Below are positions 48,549 through 59,441 of a stretch of 64,000 bases of DNA, piece by piece. The notes beneath the pieces are model-generated. The model had not been told where the DNA came from. It saw nothing but the letters and a program-made list of their open reading frames with translations, and searched no databases. Every line of letters begins with the position of its first letter. The first letter of the stretch is position 1. The translations under genes and the position numbers were made by a program. The DNA comes from Parcubacteria group bacterium ADurb.Bin305. Lineage in GTDB: Bacteria > Patescibacteriota > Minisyncoccia > UBA6257. The stretch is from contig MWBJ01000001.1 of assembly GCA_002069525.1 (NCBI GenBank), positions 21,896 to 85,895 of the forward strand, read 5' to 3'.

Positions 48549-49103
48549 TTAATATGATGCAGGTAATTTTAACAAAAACCCATAATGGGCCGCCCCCACG
48601 GCTAATTCTCTTTCTAGTTCAAACCCATTATCTTCCAATAAAGACAAAAGTTCTGGTTTAGAGATAGGAAACAATTTTTGTGGCGAAGGTAGTTTATCAG
48701 ACTGCCAATCTATGACTACCAATTTTCCAGTATTTTTTAACACCCTTTTGGCTTCTAAGATCACTGCAGTTTTATTTTCTATCTGAAAAAGCACGTTAGA
48801 CATTAAAACTAAATCGCAATAATTATTAGGCAAAGTGCTGCCTTGGGGTGCTTCTAAATTAGCCCATCTAGTTTCTATAACATTGGCCAACCCTGACGCT
48901 TTAGCTCTAAAGGTTAAAGTTTCTAAAGAAGGCTTCCAGATATCTAAAGCGATAACCTTGCCTGATGGTTTTACTATTTGGGCTATAGCTAAACTAAAAA
49001 ACCCAGAACCACAACCAAAATCAGCTACTATCATGCCTTCTTTAAGGGGCAAAAGATTAACTACAGCTTGAGGATTTAAAAACCCATTCATATTGTTATT
49101 CAA
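48549..49103 (-). CDS. class I SAM-dependent methyltransferase
   Basis: Motif I VADFGCGSGFFSLAIA. Acidic motif II VIALDI. Confidence 0.65.
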   Translation of the reverse strand: MNNNMNGFLNPQAVVNLLPLKEGMIVADFGCGSGFFSLAIAQIVKPSGKVIALDIWKPSLETLTFRAKASGLANVIETRWANLEAPQGSTLPNNYCDLVLMSNVLFQIENKTAVILEAKRVLKNTGKLVVIDWQSDKLPSPQKLFPISKPELLSLLEDNGFELERELAVGAAHYGFLLKLPASY

Positions 49104-49128
49104 TAATATATTATACTGCTAAATTTTA

Positions 49129-51609
49129 TTAGAGTAAAGAGATGCTGGCCAATTCGTCTTGAGGATTTAATTTCATTACTCTAACACCTTGGGTTAAACG
49201 ATTCAAGACAGGAATAGAATCAAGAGCTAATTTTATGATCTGCCCCTCTTGGGAAACAGCTAACAGAAATTCAGTTTCTTTGGGCAACAAACAAACATTA
49301 ATTAAGACACCTGTTTTCTCGGTAACTTTAGCGATTTTAAGACCTTGACCTCCTCTTTTTTGTTTTCTAATTTGACTTAAAGGAGTCTTTTTTCCAAATC
49401 CTTTTTGGGTCACAGAAATAATGTTGGCGCCTCGTAATTCCTTAGTTATAGTAATTAAGGATATCACCTCGTCCCCTTTAGTTAATTTAATCCCAATAAC
49501 TCCGCTGGCTGCCCTCCCTGAAGAACGCAAATCATGTTCGCTAAAACGAATCCCCTGTCCTTTTTTAGTAGCCACAAGCACCTCATCGCTGCCTGTAGTT
49601 AAATTGGCTCCCACCACTTTATCATTATTATTTAATTTTATTACCAAAAGACCATTTTTGCGGTTAGTCTTAATTTCCTCTAAAGAAATTTTTTTAATCA
49701 GGCCGTGCTGAGTAGCTAAAACTAAATATTGATAATTATGGCCTTGCCCTAAGGGAGTAGTCTTAATCAAAGAAATCACTTTTTCTTTTTCTTGAAGACT
49801 AAGATAATTTTGAATAGATTTACCGCTGGCTGTCCTTGAAGCTTCTAAAATTTCAAATGCCCTAAGCCGAAAAAGCCTTCCCCGATCAGTAAAAAATAAA
49901 AGTTCGTCTTTATTATGACAAGAAATAATTTGAGTTATCATGTCGTCTTGGCTTTTGGGTTCATAACTAATCACACCCTTACCCCCTCTTTTTTGGTCAC
50001 GAATTAAATCAGAAGCCATTCTTTTAATATAGCCGCCTTGGGAAAAAGTAATTAAAGCTAATCCTTCCGGAATTAAATCCTCATCTTTAATGGCGGCTGG
50101 AGCTTGCCCTATAACCACAGTTCTTCTAGCGTCACCATAAGTTTTTATTAAATTTGTCAATTCTTCTTTAATTATCTTATCAACTTCTTTAGGGTTGCTA
50201 AGCACTAATTCATAATGTTTTATTAAAGCTTGTTTTTCTTTTAATTCTTCCTCAATTTTACCTCTTTCTAATCTGGCTAAATTATGAAGTTTAATTTCCA
50301 AAATCGCATTAGCTTGAATTTCATCAAACCCAAATTTATCTATTAATTTTTGCTGAGCTTCTGCTCGGCTATCTGATTTTTTAATTAACTGAATAATTTC
50401 ATCGATATGATTAATAGCTTTCACCAAACCTTCTAAAATATGTGCTCGCTCGGCAGCTTTGGCTAATAAATATTTAGTTCGGCGTACCACCACAATTTTT
50501 CTGTGATTGAGATAAGCCACTAAAATATCTTTCAGGGATAAAATTTGGGGTTGCAGACCATTTTCAATTAAAGCCAACATATTGATATAAAAAGTTTTCT
50601 CCAACTCAGTAAATTTATATAATTGACCAAGAATTCGTTGGGCTGGAGCATCATTTTTTAAATCGATCACAATGCGTAAGCCCTCTTTATTGGTCTCGTC
50701 TCGCAAATCTTTAATTCCTTCGATTTTTTTCTCCTCTACTAAATGAGCTATCTGGGTAATTAAATTGGCTTTATTTACTAAATACGGAATTTCAGAAATA
50801 ATAATTTTGGTATTTTTATCTTCTTCAATTTCTGCCTTGCCGCGACACAAAAAACTGCCTTTTCCATTAGCATAAATTTCCGCCAGCTTCTCTTGACCAA
50901 AAATAAACCCGCCTGTAGGAAAATCAGGGCCCGGAATATATTTCATCAAATCTTCGGTAGTGGCTGAAAGATGGTCAATCAAATAAATCAAAGCAGAACA
51001 CACCTCAGTTAAATTATGAGGCGGAATATTAGTAGCCATACCAACCGCAATACCCATAGAACCATTAATAATAAGCTGGGGCACTTTGGCTGGTAAAAAT
51101 AAAGGCTCTTGACGAGAATTATCATAATTTGAAACAAAATCAACGGTATCTTGACCAATATCTTCCAGCATTTCTTCTGCTAAAGGCGCTAATTTACATT
51201 CTGTGTAACGCATAGCAGCCGGCGGATCTCCATCAATAGACCCGAAATTTCCTTGCCCTTGAATTAAAGGATAACGCAGAGAAAAATTCTGAGCCATTCT
51301 AACCAAACTATCATAAACCGCGCTTTCCCCATGAGGGTGATAATGGCCTAACGTAGACCCAACTACATTAGCTGATTTTCTAAATTTACCGGAAAATCGA
51401 AAGCCCTCTTCAAACATAGTAAATAAGATTCTTCTCTGTACCGGCTTCAACCCATCTCTCACATCTGGTAAGGCGCGTGAAACAATCACTGACATAGCAT
51501 AATCTAAATAAGACTCTTTGAGCTCTTCTGTTATTTCTTTATTAATAATATGCTGATTATTATTAGGCTCTGATTTTTCAATCTTGTTTTTATGAATAGA
51601 ATTAGGCAT
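49129..51609 (-). CDS. gyrA: DNA gyrase subunit A
   Basis: [27 protein letters not shown] near the N-terminus (active-site Tyr region). C-terminal beta-pinwheel repeats. 826 aa. Confidence 0.9.
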   Translation of the reverse strand: MPNSIHKNKIEKSEPNNNQHIINKEITEELKESYLDYAMSVIVSRALPDVRDGLKPVQRRILFTMFEEGFRFSGKFRKSANVVGSTLGHYHPHGESAVYDSLVRMAQNFSLRYPLIQGQGNFGSIDGDPPAAMRYTECKLAPLAEEMLEDIGQDTVDFVSNYDNSRQEPLFLPAKVPQLIINGSMGIAVGMATNIPPHNLTEVCSALIYLIDHLSATTEDLMKYIPGPDFPTGGFIFGQEKLAEIYANGKGSFLCRGKAEIEEDKNTKIIISEIPYLVNKANLITQIAHLVEEKKIEGIKDLRDETNKEGLRIVIDLKNDAPAQRILGQLYKFTELEKTFYINMLALIENGLQPQILSLKDILVAYLNHRKIVVVRRTKYLLAKAAERAHILEGLVKAINHIDEIIQLIKKSDSRAEAQQKLIDKFGFDEIQANAILEIKLHNLARLERGKIEEELKEKQALIKHYELVLSNPKEVDKIIKEELTNLIKTYGDARRTVVIGQAPAAIKDEDLIPEGLALITFSQGGYIKRMASDLIRDQKRGGKGVISYEPKSQDDMITQIISCHNKDELLFFTDRGRLFRLRAFEILEASRTASGKSIQNYLSLQEKEKVISLIKTTPLGQGHNYQYLVLATQHGLIKKISLEEIKTNRKNGLLVIKLNNNDKVVGANLTTGSDEVLVATKKGQGIRFSEHDLRSSGRAASGVIGIKLTKGDEVISLITITKELRGANIISVTQKGFGKKTPLSQIRKQKRGGQGLKIAKVTEKTGVLINVCLLPKETEFLLAVSQEGQIIKLALDSIPVLNRLTQGVRVMKLNPQDELASISLL

Positions 51610-51645
51610 AGTTACTGATTACTCAACAATATTTAATCTTAAAAA

Positions 51646-52314
51646 CTATTTTAAGTTATTTTCTTCATTAATTGAAGTACTGGCCTGCAAAATAACAAGT
51701 TGGGTATTTTGAGGCAATTGAGAACTTCGTATGACTAGTTTATTTAAATACTCGGGTTTTTTCCCAAATACTTTAATAAAATTATCCACAGAATCTAATT
51801 TAATTTTTAAACCGGGTAATTGATAATGCATAGGAATAACTATTTTAGGCTCAATTTGATTAATAACTGAGACCGCTTCTTCCGCATCTAAGGTATAAGT
51901 TCCCCCAACAGGAATAAATAAAATATCACTATTGGCAACTTTTTCCAGCGTTTCTTCTTTAATTCGTTTTTCACCTAAATCGCCTAAGAACACCAACTTC
52001 ATATCTTCACTCCGGATAAGATAAATTGTATTTAAACCTCGAAGTTTGCCCCCTTGATTATCATGGTACGACATGAGGCCATCAATAACTATATTCGCCA
52101 CTTCGATTTCGCCAGCTCCTGCCATCACAAATGGTTTACCTAAAATAAGATCTTGATTATTGTGATCATCGTGATTATGAGAAATTAACAAAATATCTGC
52201 CTTAAATCTCGGAGGTTTTAAGCCAGTAAAATTCTCGTGATAAGGATCTAGGGCGATCACTTTATTTTTAGTGTCAATTCTAAAATAGGATTGACCGAAC
52301 CATTGAATAATCAT
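51646..52314 (-). CDS. metal-dependent hydrolase, MBL fold (UPF0173-like)
   Basis: MIIQWFGQSYFRI N-terminus and HNHDDH-type motif SHNHDDH. Confidence 0.65.
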   Translation of the reverse strand: MIIQWFGQSYFRIDTKNKVIALDPYHENFTGLKPPRFKADILLISHNHDDHNNQDLILGKPFVMAGAGEIEVANIVIDGLMSYHDNQGGKLRGLNTIYLIRSEDMKLVFLGDLGEKRIKEETLEKVANSDILFIPVGGTYTLDAEEAVSVINQIEPKIVIPMHYQLPGLKIKLDSVDNFIKVFGKKPEYLNKLVIRSSQLPQNTQLVILQASTSINEENNLK

Positions 52315-52397
52315 AATATTAAAACTTTCTAACTACTTTAGTATAGCAAAAAAAAATTTAAATGCCAACTTTTTATTAGGGGCTAACTATTAAACCT

Positions 52398-53093
52398 TCA
52401 GTGGTCTATCAATCCTGCTTTAACAGCCACTCTTTTGTAGGCTACCCCTACCGGCCAACAACTTTGTAAAATTAATAAAGGACGGTCTTCCGGAGGAAAG
52501 ATAGTTTCGGTCGTATCTTCACCTTGAGGCCAAGGTAAAAAAATTCGTTTCTCCTGCACCTGAAACAATAAAACTTTATTTTTCCAAATTACAATTATCT
52601 CATCCCCTTGATCTAATTCATTTAGCAAGGAAAAAACAGATTTATAATGTCCCGGCTGCCAAGGATATTGGGAACTGTGCCCTAAAATTATAGTGTAGTT
52701 TTCGCCGGGTATCCCACCGGGATATATTACCACCCCTTCTGTTAATTTTTTCTCTATTAATTTTAGATCTGGAACTTCCACTGTTTTAATAGGGGCTTCC
52801 AGTTTTAATTTAGGGATAACCAAAACATCGCCGGTTAATTGGGTATAGGTCTCGGGTAATAAGGGTGGAACTGACACCTCAGTAGGCAACACGGTACTAC
52901 CTTGTGTTAAGGTGGTAGAAGTTGAGGAGGATAAAAAAGCTGGTTTTCTATAAACTTCGTAGACAATTTTTCCCCTCATTTCTGATACTTTATATTTAAT
53001 CCAAGCCATAAAAGCTGCTCCATTTAAAACAAAAAATAAACCAATAAAAACAGCGAAGAATATGGATAAAAAAATTTTGAAATCTTTTTTCAT
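52398..53093 (-). CDS. sortase family transpeptidase
   Basis: N-terminal TM anchor. Catalytic His (IILGHSS). Cys in an LxTC-like LILQSCWP motif. Conserved Arg 9 residues after Cys (AYKRVAV). Confidence 0.6.
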   Translation of the reverse strand: MKKDFKIFLSIFFAVFIGLFFVLNGAAFMAWIKYKVSEMRGKIVYEVYRKPAFLSSSTSTTLTQGSTVLPTEVSVPPLLPETYTQLTGDVLVIPKLKLEAPIKTVEVPDLKLIEKKLTEGVVIYPGGIPGENYTIILGHSSQYPWQPGHYKSVFSLLNELDQGDEIIVIWKNKVLLFQVQEKRIFLPWPQGEDTTETIFPPEDRPLLILQSCWPVGVAYKRVAVKAGLIDH

Positions 53094-53158
53094 TGAATCC
53101 TAAAATAACGATTTGCGTTAATCGCTAAATAATTAGGGCTTTATCAATAATAATTATT

Positions 53159-55375
53159 TTAGACATCCAAGTTTTTTACCTTTTGAGCGTACGCTTGAAT
53201 AAAAGTCTTCCGAGGCAAAACTTCTTCACCCATTAAAACATCAAACAACCTGTCGGCTTCTTCAGCATCAGCTATAGTCACCTTCTTCAAAATCCTTTGA
53301 GCCGGATTCATAGTAGTTTCCCACAATTGTTCAGGATTCATTTCTCCTAAACCTTTATAACGCTGCAAAGAAATATTTCCTTTAACCCCTGCAGAGGTCA
53401 TTTCAGTGTCTTGAGCTAAATCTGGTTCTTCTTCATTAGAAACTCTAAAGGTTATTTCACCTTGATTATTGTCCGCCATTTTTAATTTACGCACCTTGGC
53501 TTTTGCCTTCTGGGGCAATTTTGATTCTGCCTCCTCCAAATTTTGAATTATTTTATTTTTTTCCTCTTCAGTATAAGCATAGAATACTTCTTTATTTTTT
53601 TGAATTCTATATAAGGGAGGCTGAGCAATATACAAATAACCCTGATCTATAATGGCCCTAAAATATCTAAAAAATAATGTCAACAACAAAGTTCTAATAT
53701 GGGCTCCGTCGCTATCAGCATCTGTCATAATAACAATCTTATGATAACGTAATTTATTAATATTAAAATCCTCGCTAATAGCAGTGCCTAAAGCTACTAT
53801 TAAATTACGTATTTCTTCTGAAGACATCATTTTATCAAACCTCGCTTTTTCAATATTTAAAATTTTTCCACGTAAGGGTAAAACGGCCTGCGTATTTCTA
53901 TCCCGAGCCATTTTAGCACTACCACCAGCTGATTCCCCTTCTACGATAAACAATTCAGATTCTTCGGCTTTTTTAGAAATACAATCAGCTAACTTCCCCG
54001 GCAAACTTGCTCCCTCCAACACCCCTTTTCTTAAAATATTTTCCCGCGCTTTTTTAGCAGCCTGCCGAGCCCTATTAGCTAATAAGCATTTTTCTATAAT
54101 TCTCTTGGCATCATCTTTATTTATTTCTAAATATTCTTTAAAATTCTCAGAGGTTACCCGATCTACTGCCACCCTAACTTCTGGATTACCCAGTTTAGCT
54201 TTGGTTTGGCCTTCAAATTGCGGTTCTTTTAATTTAACACTGACAATAGCTACTAATCCTTCCCTAGTGTCATCGCCTGAAAAACTTTCTTCGCCTTTTA
54301 AGTATTCATTACTCCTAGCAACGTCATTTAAAACTCGAGTTAAGGCTGACCGAAACCCAGTTAGATGCATGCCTCCCTCAGGAGTATAAATGTTATTAGC
54401 AAACGTCAGCTCTACTGTTTCAGTATCGTTAATATAAAGCATGGCTACCTCCACGAGGATATTATCTATTTCTTTGTGGGTATAAAAAATGTTCTTAGTC
54501 AACCATTGATAATCGCGAGTTAAATAGCTGATAAAAGAAATGAGGCCATTTTCAAAATGAAATATATAATAAGGGATTGGCGCCTTTTCCCTTTTGTCTT
54601 TAAACTCAATCGTCACGCCCGGCGTCAAATAGGCCTGTTGCCTTAAATGATCTAAAATACGTTTGGTCTCAAAATTGATTTGAGGAAAAATTTCAGGATC
54701 TGGTTCAAAAGTAATTCTCGTGCCAGTAACCTTAGTCGTGCCAATCTTTTCAACCGGACCTTTAGGTATACCGCGACTATACTCTTGGGTATAAATAAAT
54801 CCATCCCTATAAACTTCTGCTTTTAAGTTTTGAGATAAAGCATTAACCACAGACACCCCAACTCCGTGCAAACCACCAGCAATCTTGTAAGATTGACCAC
54901 CAAATTTACCACCGGCATGAAGAGAGCATAAGACAGTTTCTAGAGCGGTCTTATGGGTTTTTTCATGAAGATCGACAGGAATACCCCGACCTTTATCTAA
55001 AACTGAGATTTTATTATCTGCTAATATTTCTACTAAAATATAATCGTTAAAACCAGCCAAAGCTTCATCTAGACTATTATCAACAACCTCCCAAATTAAA
55101 TGGTGCAAACCTTCAATTCCAGTAGAGCCGATATACATACCGGGCCTTCGGCGCACTGGCTCCAACCCCTCTAAAACATAAATGTCTTTGGCGGTATAGG
55201 AACTATTTTTATTGGCTTCGGTAAATTGTAAATCGTCTGGGGAGAAAGAATTATTATTTACTTTGGACTGACTCTCGCTGTCAATTGATTTTTGATTTTC
55301 CAATTTTTTTGTCTCGCGAGAGTTTTTTAATGGTTTAGGTATTGATTGACGAATCATGAATTTATTAATTAACAA
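53159..55375 (-). CDS. gyrB: DNA gyrase subunit B (with ~55-aa N-terminal extension)
   Basis: LEGLEPVRRRPGMYIGS, the GHKL ATPase domain, TOPRIM EGESAGGSAK, and C-terminal PRKTFIQAYA. 738 aa. Confidence 0.9.
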   Translation of the reverse strand: MLINKFMIRQSIPKPLKNSRETKKLENQKSIDSESQSKVNNNSFSPDDLQFTEANKNSSYTAKDIYVLEGLEPVRRRPGMYIGSTGIEGLHHLIWEVVDNSLDEALAGFNDYILVEILADNKISVLDKGRGIPVDLHEKTHKTALETVLCSLHAGGKFGGQSYKIAGGLHGVGVSVVNALSQNLKAEVYRDGFIYTQEYSRGIPKGPVEKIGTTKVTGTRITFEPDPEIFPQINFETKRILDHLRQQAYLTPGVTIEFKDKREKAPIPYYIFHFENGLISFISYLTRDYQWLTKNIFYTHKEIDNILVEVAMLYINDTETVELTFANNIYTPEGGMHLTGFRSALTRVLNDVARSNEYLKGEESFSGDDTREGLVAIVSVKLKEPQFEGQTKAKLGNPEVRVAVDRVTSENFKEYLEINKDDAKRIIEKCLLANRARQAAKKARENILRKGVLEGASLPGKLADCISKKAEESELFIVEGESAGGSAKMARDRNTQAVLPLRGKILNIEKARFDKMMSSEEIRNLIVALGTAISEDFNINKLRYHKIVIMTDADSDGAHIRTLLLTLFFRYFRAIIDQGYLYIAQPPLYRIQKNKEVFYAYTEEEKNKIIQNLEEAESKLPQKAKAKVRKLKMADNNQGEITFRVSNEEEPDLAQDTEMTSAGVKGNISLQRYKGLGEMNPEQLWETTMNPAQRILKKVTIADAEEADRLFDVLMGEEVLPRKTFIQAYAQKVKNLDV

Positions 55376-55380
55376 AATAT

Positions 55381-57432
55381 TTAACGAATAATTGCCCCAA
55401 GGTGTTTAAGTTTGGTAATAATTTTATCCAGTTCTTGATCTACCTCGCTTTTAGTTAAAGTTTTATGGGGCGACTGAAAAACTAAATGAAAAGATAAACT
55501 CTGCTTATTACCCATTTGCTCGTCCCGATACACATCAAATAAATCTACATCAACTAAGAGTTCCGGAGAAGCAGATTGCATGGCGTTTAAAATATTATCA
55601 ATTAAAACATCACTAGAGATAATAAAAGAAATATCGCGACTGACCGCAGGATATTTGGGTAAAGGTTTATAATATTTTTCGGCCTTGATTTCTGTAAACC
55701 AAGGAGCTAATTTAATTTCCCAAAAAACCACGTCGTTTTTAAGATCAAAAAAATTATTTAAGGTAGAATTAGAAATACCGACAACACCTACAGGTTTCGA
55801 GTTAATCATCAGGATGGCACCTGACTTCAATAACGAACTATACCAAGCATCATTTAAAGAGGCAAAAGAGTAATCGGACCTCGAAAATCCAAATTTCTTT
55901 AGTAAGTCCTCTAGGATTCCTTTGGCTTCTAAAAATAGGTCCTCACTGACAGCCTGACGTTGACTCAAAACACCACCAACTACTTCATCTTCAGAGAAAT
56001 CTGTCCCTTGTTGATAAATTTTACCCAACTCAAAAAGTCGCACTTCGTTACGAAAAGATAAATTATGTTGTACGTTTTCCAAAAAATTAAAAATTAAACT
56101 GGGGCGTAAATAATAAAAAAGATTGCTCAAGGGGTTAGCTAGTTTAATAACACGGCTACTATTATTTAAACCTACACTTTCTACCACTTCCTTAGAAATT
56201 AATGAATAATTATAAACCTCTTCTAGCTGGTAGGCTGCCAGCCAATCTTTGAATTGCTCCTTAAACACCCAGAACTCGTTCTCTTTTGGCAGAACTGAAG
56301 TTAATAAGGGCGCGTTTAGGGGGATATTATTGACCCCTATCAGCCGAGCGACTTCCCCCATCACATCTTGGGCACAAATAATATCGTTACGAAATTCTGG
56401 CGGCGTAATTAATAAATAATTCTTCCTTTCAATAAAAGAAAAACCTAAATTAGTTAAAATTTGTTTAATACGTGATTGAGATAAACTCCAGCCCAAAAAA
56501 TTTGACCACCTAGACCAAGAAATAGGAATAATGTTTTTTTGATTTTTTTTAGAAGAACGCTTTTTACTCTCTAAAACGCCAGCTAATATTTCCCCACCGC
56601 TCACCTCGCGAATCAGTTGAGCGAGTAATTCTAAACTATAAGGCGCGAGCTGGGGAGAAAGATTGTGTTCAAAGCGCCAACTAGCCTCAGTAATTAATTG
56701 GTGAAGACGCGAAGTTTTTCTCACAGTAACCCCATCAAAATTAGCGCTTTCTAAAACTATATTCTGGGTTTGCTGAGTAATTTCTGCTGCTTGACCACCT
56801 TTAATGCCTGCTAGAGCTAAAGGCTGCTTATGATCTGCAATAACTAAATCTGACGTTGATAATTCTAAAATTTCCCCATCTAAAGTAGTTATCGCCTCAT
56901 GAGGATGCGCTAACCTAATAATAATTTCCCGCTTGGGGCTATCTGATAAAATAGGGCTTAATTTGTCGTAATCAAAGACATGCAAAGGCTGCCCGGTCAG
57001 CAACATAATATAATTACTAGCGTCTACTACATTATTAATAGGGCGCAAACCACAATCTTTTAATCTCTGTTGCAACCATGAAGGCGATTTTTTAACTTGA
57101 ACACCTTGAATTAATCTGGCTGAATAATAATTACATAAATTGCTTTGATGGTTGAGAGCTAAATATTTATCAATGGCTTCTGAGCTTTCTTTAACTTTAA
57201 TACGAGGATAAACAAATTTTTTCCCCTCATAAGCTAAAAGCTCCCGCGTCAAACCTAAATGACAACCGGCATCAGCTACTCGATTAGGCAACAAATCCAC
57301 CTCTAAAACAGCAAATTTACCCGACTTGACCACCCGACTTTCAGCTAAATGTAACGTTAAAAGTTCAGCTACCTGATTAGGTGAAAAGGCAAAATGACCT
57401 AAATCTTTTAACCATTGATAAGAAAATTTCAT
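55381..57432 (-). CDS. pheT: phenylalanine--tRNA ligase beta subunit (short form)
   Basis: MKFSYQWLKDLGHFAFSPNQVAELLTLHLAESR matches the PheT N-terminus. B3/4 and B5 regions. 683 aa. Confidence 0.9.
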   Translation of the reverse strand: MKFSYQWLKDLGHFAFSPNQVAELLTLHLAESRVVKSGKFAVLEVDLLPNRVADAGCHLGLTRELLAYEGKKFVYPRIKVKESSEAIDKYLALNHQSNLCNYYSARLIQGVQVKKSPSWLQQRLKDCGLRPINNVVDASNYIMLLTGQPLHVFDYDKLSPILSDSPKREIIIRLAHPHEAITTLDGEILELSTSDLVIADHKQPLALAGIKGGQAAEITQQTQNIVLESANFDGVTVRKTSRLHQLITEASWRFEHNLSPQLAPYSLELLAQLIREVSGGEILAGVLESKKRSSKKNQKNIIPISWSRWSNFLGWSLSQSRIKQILTNLGFSFIERKNYLLITPPEFRNDIICAQDVMGEVARLIGVNNIPLNAPLLTSVLPKENEFWVFKEQFKDWLAAYQLEEVYNYSLISKEVVESVGLNNSSRVIKLANPLSNLFYYLRPSLIFNFLENVQHNLSFRNEVRLFELGKIYQQGTDFSEDEVVGGVLSQRQAVSEDLFLEAKGILEDLLKKFGFSRSDYSFASLNDAWYSSLLKSGAILMINSKPVGVVGISNSTLNNFFDLKNDVVFWEIKLAPWFTEIKAEKYYKPLPKYPAVSRDISFIISSDVLIDNILNAMQSASPELLVDVDLFDVYRDEQMGNKQSLSFHLVFQSPHKTLTKSEVDQELDKIITKLKHLGAIIR

Positions 57433-57445
57433 AATAAATAATCTG

Positions 57446-58453
57446 TTAAAATTGTTCTAAAAAGCGCACATCAGATGAATAAAATAACCTAATATCATCT
57501 ACCTTAAAGTTCAGCATAGCAAACCTCTCTACCCCTAAACCAAAAGCAAAACCTTGCCATTTATTATTTTCGTAACCGACCACCTTGAATAAATCCGGGT
57601 GAACCATTCCGGCGCCTAACAACTCTATCCACTTACCGGCTATTTTCACATCAACCTCAATTCCCGGGGTCACAAAAGGAAAATAACTAGGTCGAAACCT
57701 TAGTAAAATATTGTCTCCTAAAATTGACTTTAAAGCCATAGTTATTAATGACTTAAATCCAGCTAAAGTGATATGCTCATCTACCATTAAACCCTCTACT
57801 TGGTAAAATTGAAAATTATGAGTAGCGTCTGTAGCTTCGTAGCGAAAGCAACGACCCGGAGAAATAATCCGTAAAGGTGGGATATGCTGTTCCATATATC
57901 TAATTTGAACAGGGCTAGTGTGAGCTCGGAGTAATAATTTCTCCTCATCTTTCTTAGTTTTTCTAGCTGAAGGCGTCTTGTTTTTAGAATCTAACCAAAA
58001 AGTATTCCACATATCTCTAGCTGGATGATCGGGAAAAATCCTTAGAGCATCAAAATGATAATATTCAGTCTCTATCTCTGGCCCTTCCACTACCAAAAAA
58101 CCTAATTTTTCAAAAGATTTTATTATTTTTCGCAAGGATAATGTTAAAGGATGAAGATGTCCTTGAGTTATTTTTTTTCCGGGTCTTGTATAATCTAAAA
58201 TTGAAACTGTGCTTGAATTAGAAAATTGCTGACTAGCTTTTTGGTACCACTCTTGTAATTGCTGTCGCACCTCATTAGCTTGTTGACCTTGTCTTTTTTT
58301 TAGTTCATCTGAGAGATCCTTAAGTGTTTTAAAAAATGAAGCTAGACCGCTCTTGCGACCTAAATACTTAATCCGCCAACTCTCTAACTCTGCCTCACAA
58401 GACACCTGTTTTAAATCATTCTGCGCTTGTGTTAATAATTGCTTAAAATCCAT
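57446..58453 (-). CDS. pheS: phenylalanine--tRNA ligase alpha subunit
   Basis: Class II motifs FRPSYFPFVTPGIEVDV and GAGMVHP...FGLGVERFAML. 335 aa. Confidence 0.9.
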   Translation of the reverse strand: MDFKQLLTQAQNDLKQVSCEAELESWRIKYLGRKSGLASFFKTLKDLSDELKKRQGQQANEVRQQLQEWYQKASQQFSNSSTVSILDYTRPGKKITQGHLHPLTLSLRKIIKSFEKLGFLVVEGPEIETEYYHFDALRIFPDHPARDMWNTFWLDSKNKTPSARKTKKDEEKLLLRAHTSPVQIRYMEQHIPPLRIISPGRCFRYEATDATHNFQFYQVEGLMVDEHITLAGFKSLITMALKSILGDNILLRFRPSYFPFVTPGIEVDVKIAGKWIELLGAGMVHPDLFKVVGYENNKWQGFAFGLGVERFAMLNFKVDDIRLFYSSDVRFLEQF

Positions 58454-58518
58454 ATAATTATTATCTCGTTTTAATAAGGCCTAAATTATTTTGTAGAATA
58501 TCGTGAAGTGATAGCCCT

Positions 58519-58547
58519 AGTATACCTTACTTTATCTATTTTTTCAA
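58519..58547 (-). promoter_or_regulatory. sigma-70-like promoter candidate for pheST (TTGAAA-17-TATACT)
   Basis: Minus strand reads ttgaaaaaatagataaagtaaggtatact, about 65 nt upstream of the pheS ATG. Divergent from the yebC promoter. Confidence 0.4.
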
Positions 58548-58618
58548 GATAAAAATAATTATCCCTTAATCGTTAATAAGAATTAATTGTCTAGAATTTA
58601 TATTAAAGAAATTAAAAG

Positions 58619-58647
58619 TTGCAGATTTTAGAAAAATAGTATACAAT
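58619..58647 (+). promoter_or_regulatory. sigma-70-like promoter candidate for yebC-ruvC (TTGCAG-17-TACAAT)
   Basis: Plus strand reads ttgcagattttagaaaaatagtatacaat, 34 nt upstream of the yebC ATG. Confidence 0.4.
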
Positions 58648-58680
58648 AAAAGAAACTATAACGCTAATCAATTATTAATT

Positions 58681-59406
58681 ATGTCAGGACATTCTAAATG
58701 GGCCAAAGTCAAGCACCAAAAAGCGGCTAACGACCCTAAAAAAGGACAGAATTTTTCTAAACTGGCTAATCTGATAGCAGTAGCGAGTCGCGAAGGTAAA
58801 GATATAGAAACTAATCCTAAATTACGCATTGCCGTGGAAAAAGCTAAAGAAATAGGAATGCCAAAAGAAAATATAGAAAAAGCTATTAAGCGAGGCAGTG
58901 GAGAAACAAATGAAGCCATGACTGTAGAGGAAGTTTTGTACGAAGCTTATGGGCCTCAGGGCTCCGCCCTCTTAATTAAAACTATTACCGACAACAAAAA
59001 TCGCACTCTAAACGAATTGCGACACTTATTAAGTTTATTTGACAGCAAACTAGCCCAAACAGGCAGCGTACGTTGGTTATTCCGAGAAATAGCCATCTTA
59101 GAAGTACCTAAGAAAGATTGGAATGAAAATTTAGCCCTAGAGGTCATTGAACAAGGTGCTGAGGAAATTGAAGAAGCCGAAGAGACTATTTTTATTTACT
59201 GCCCTCCGTCAAAACTTAATCTATTAAAAAATTTTATCAGCGAACAGCTACCCCAAACAGAAATTAAAACTGATTTAGGTTTCCTGAGTTCTCAAAATTT
59301 AATTATTCAAGATCCGGAAACTAAAGAAAAAATAGATAATTTATATAATGCACTAATTGAACACAATGATGTAGAAAATGTGTATCTGAATGTTGATTTT
59401 GATTAA
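58681..59406 (+). CDS. yebC: YebC/PmpR family DNA-binding transcriptional regulator
   Basis: N-terminal MSGHSKWAKVKHQKAANDPKKGQNFSKL is the invariant YebC signature. Confidence 0.85.
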   Translation: MSGHSKWAKVKHQKAANDPKKGQNFSKLANLIAVASREGKDIETNPKLRIAVEKAKEIGMPKENIEKAIKRGSGETNEAMTVEEVLYEAYGPQGSALLIKTITDNKNRTLNELRHLLSLFDSKLAQTGSVRWLFREIAILEVPKKDWNENLALEVIEQGAEEIEEAEETIFIYCPPSKLNLLKNFISEQLPQTEIKTDLGFLSSQNLIIQDPETKEKIDNLYNALIEHNDVENVYLNVDFD

Positions 59407-59441
59407 CGTAAATACAGATAATAATTTAGAGTTTAATTCTT

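Noticed and set aside
53784-54389. 201-aa plus-strand ORF
   Set aside because: It is entirely antisense within gyrB with a low-complexity S/L/A-rich translation, typical of a shadow ORF.
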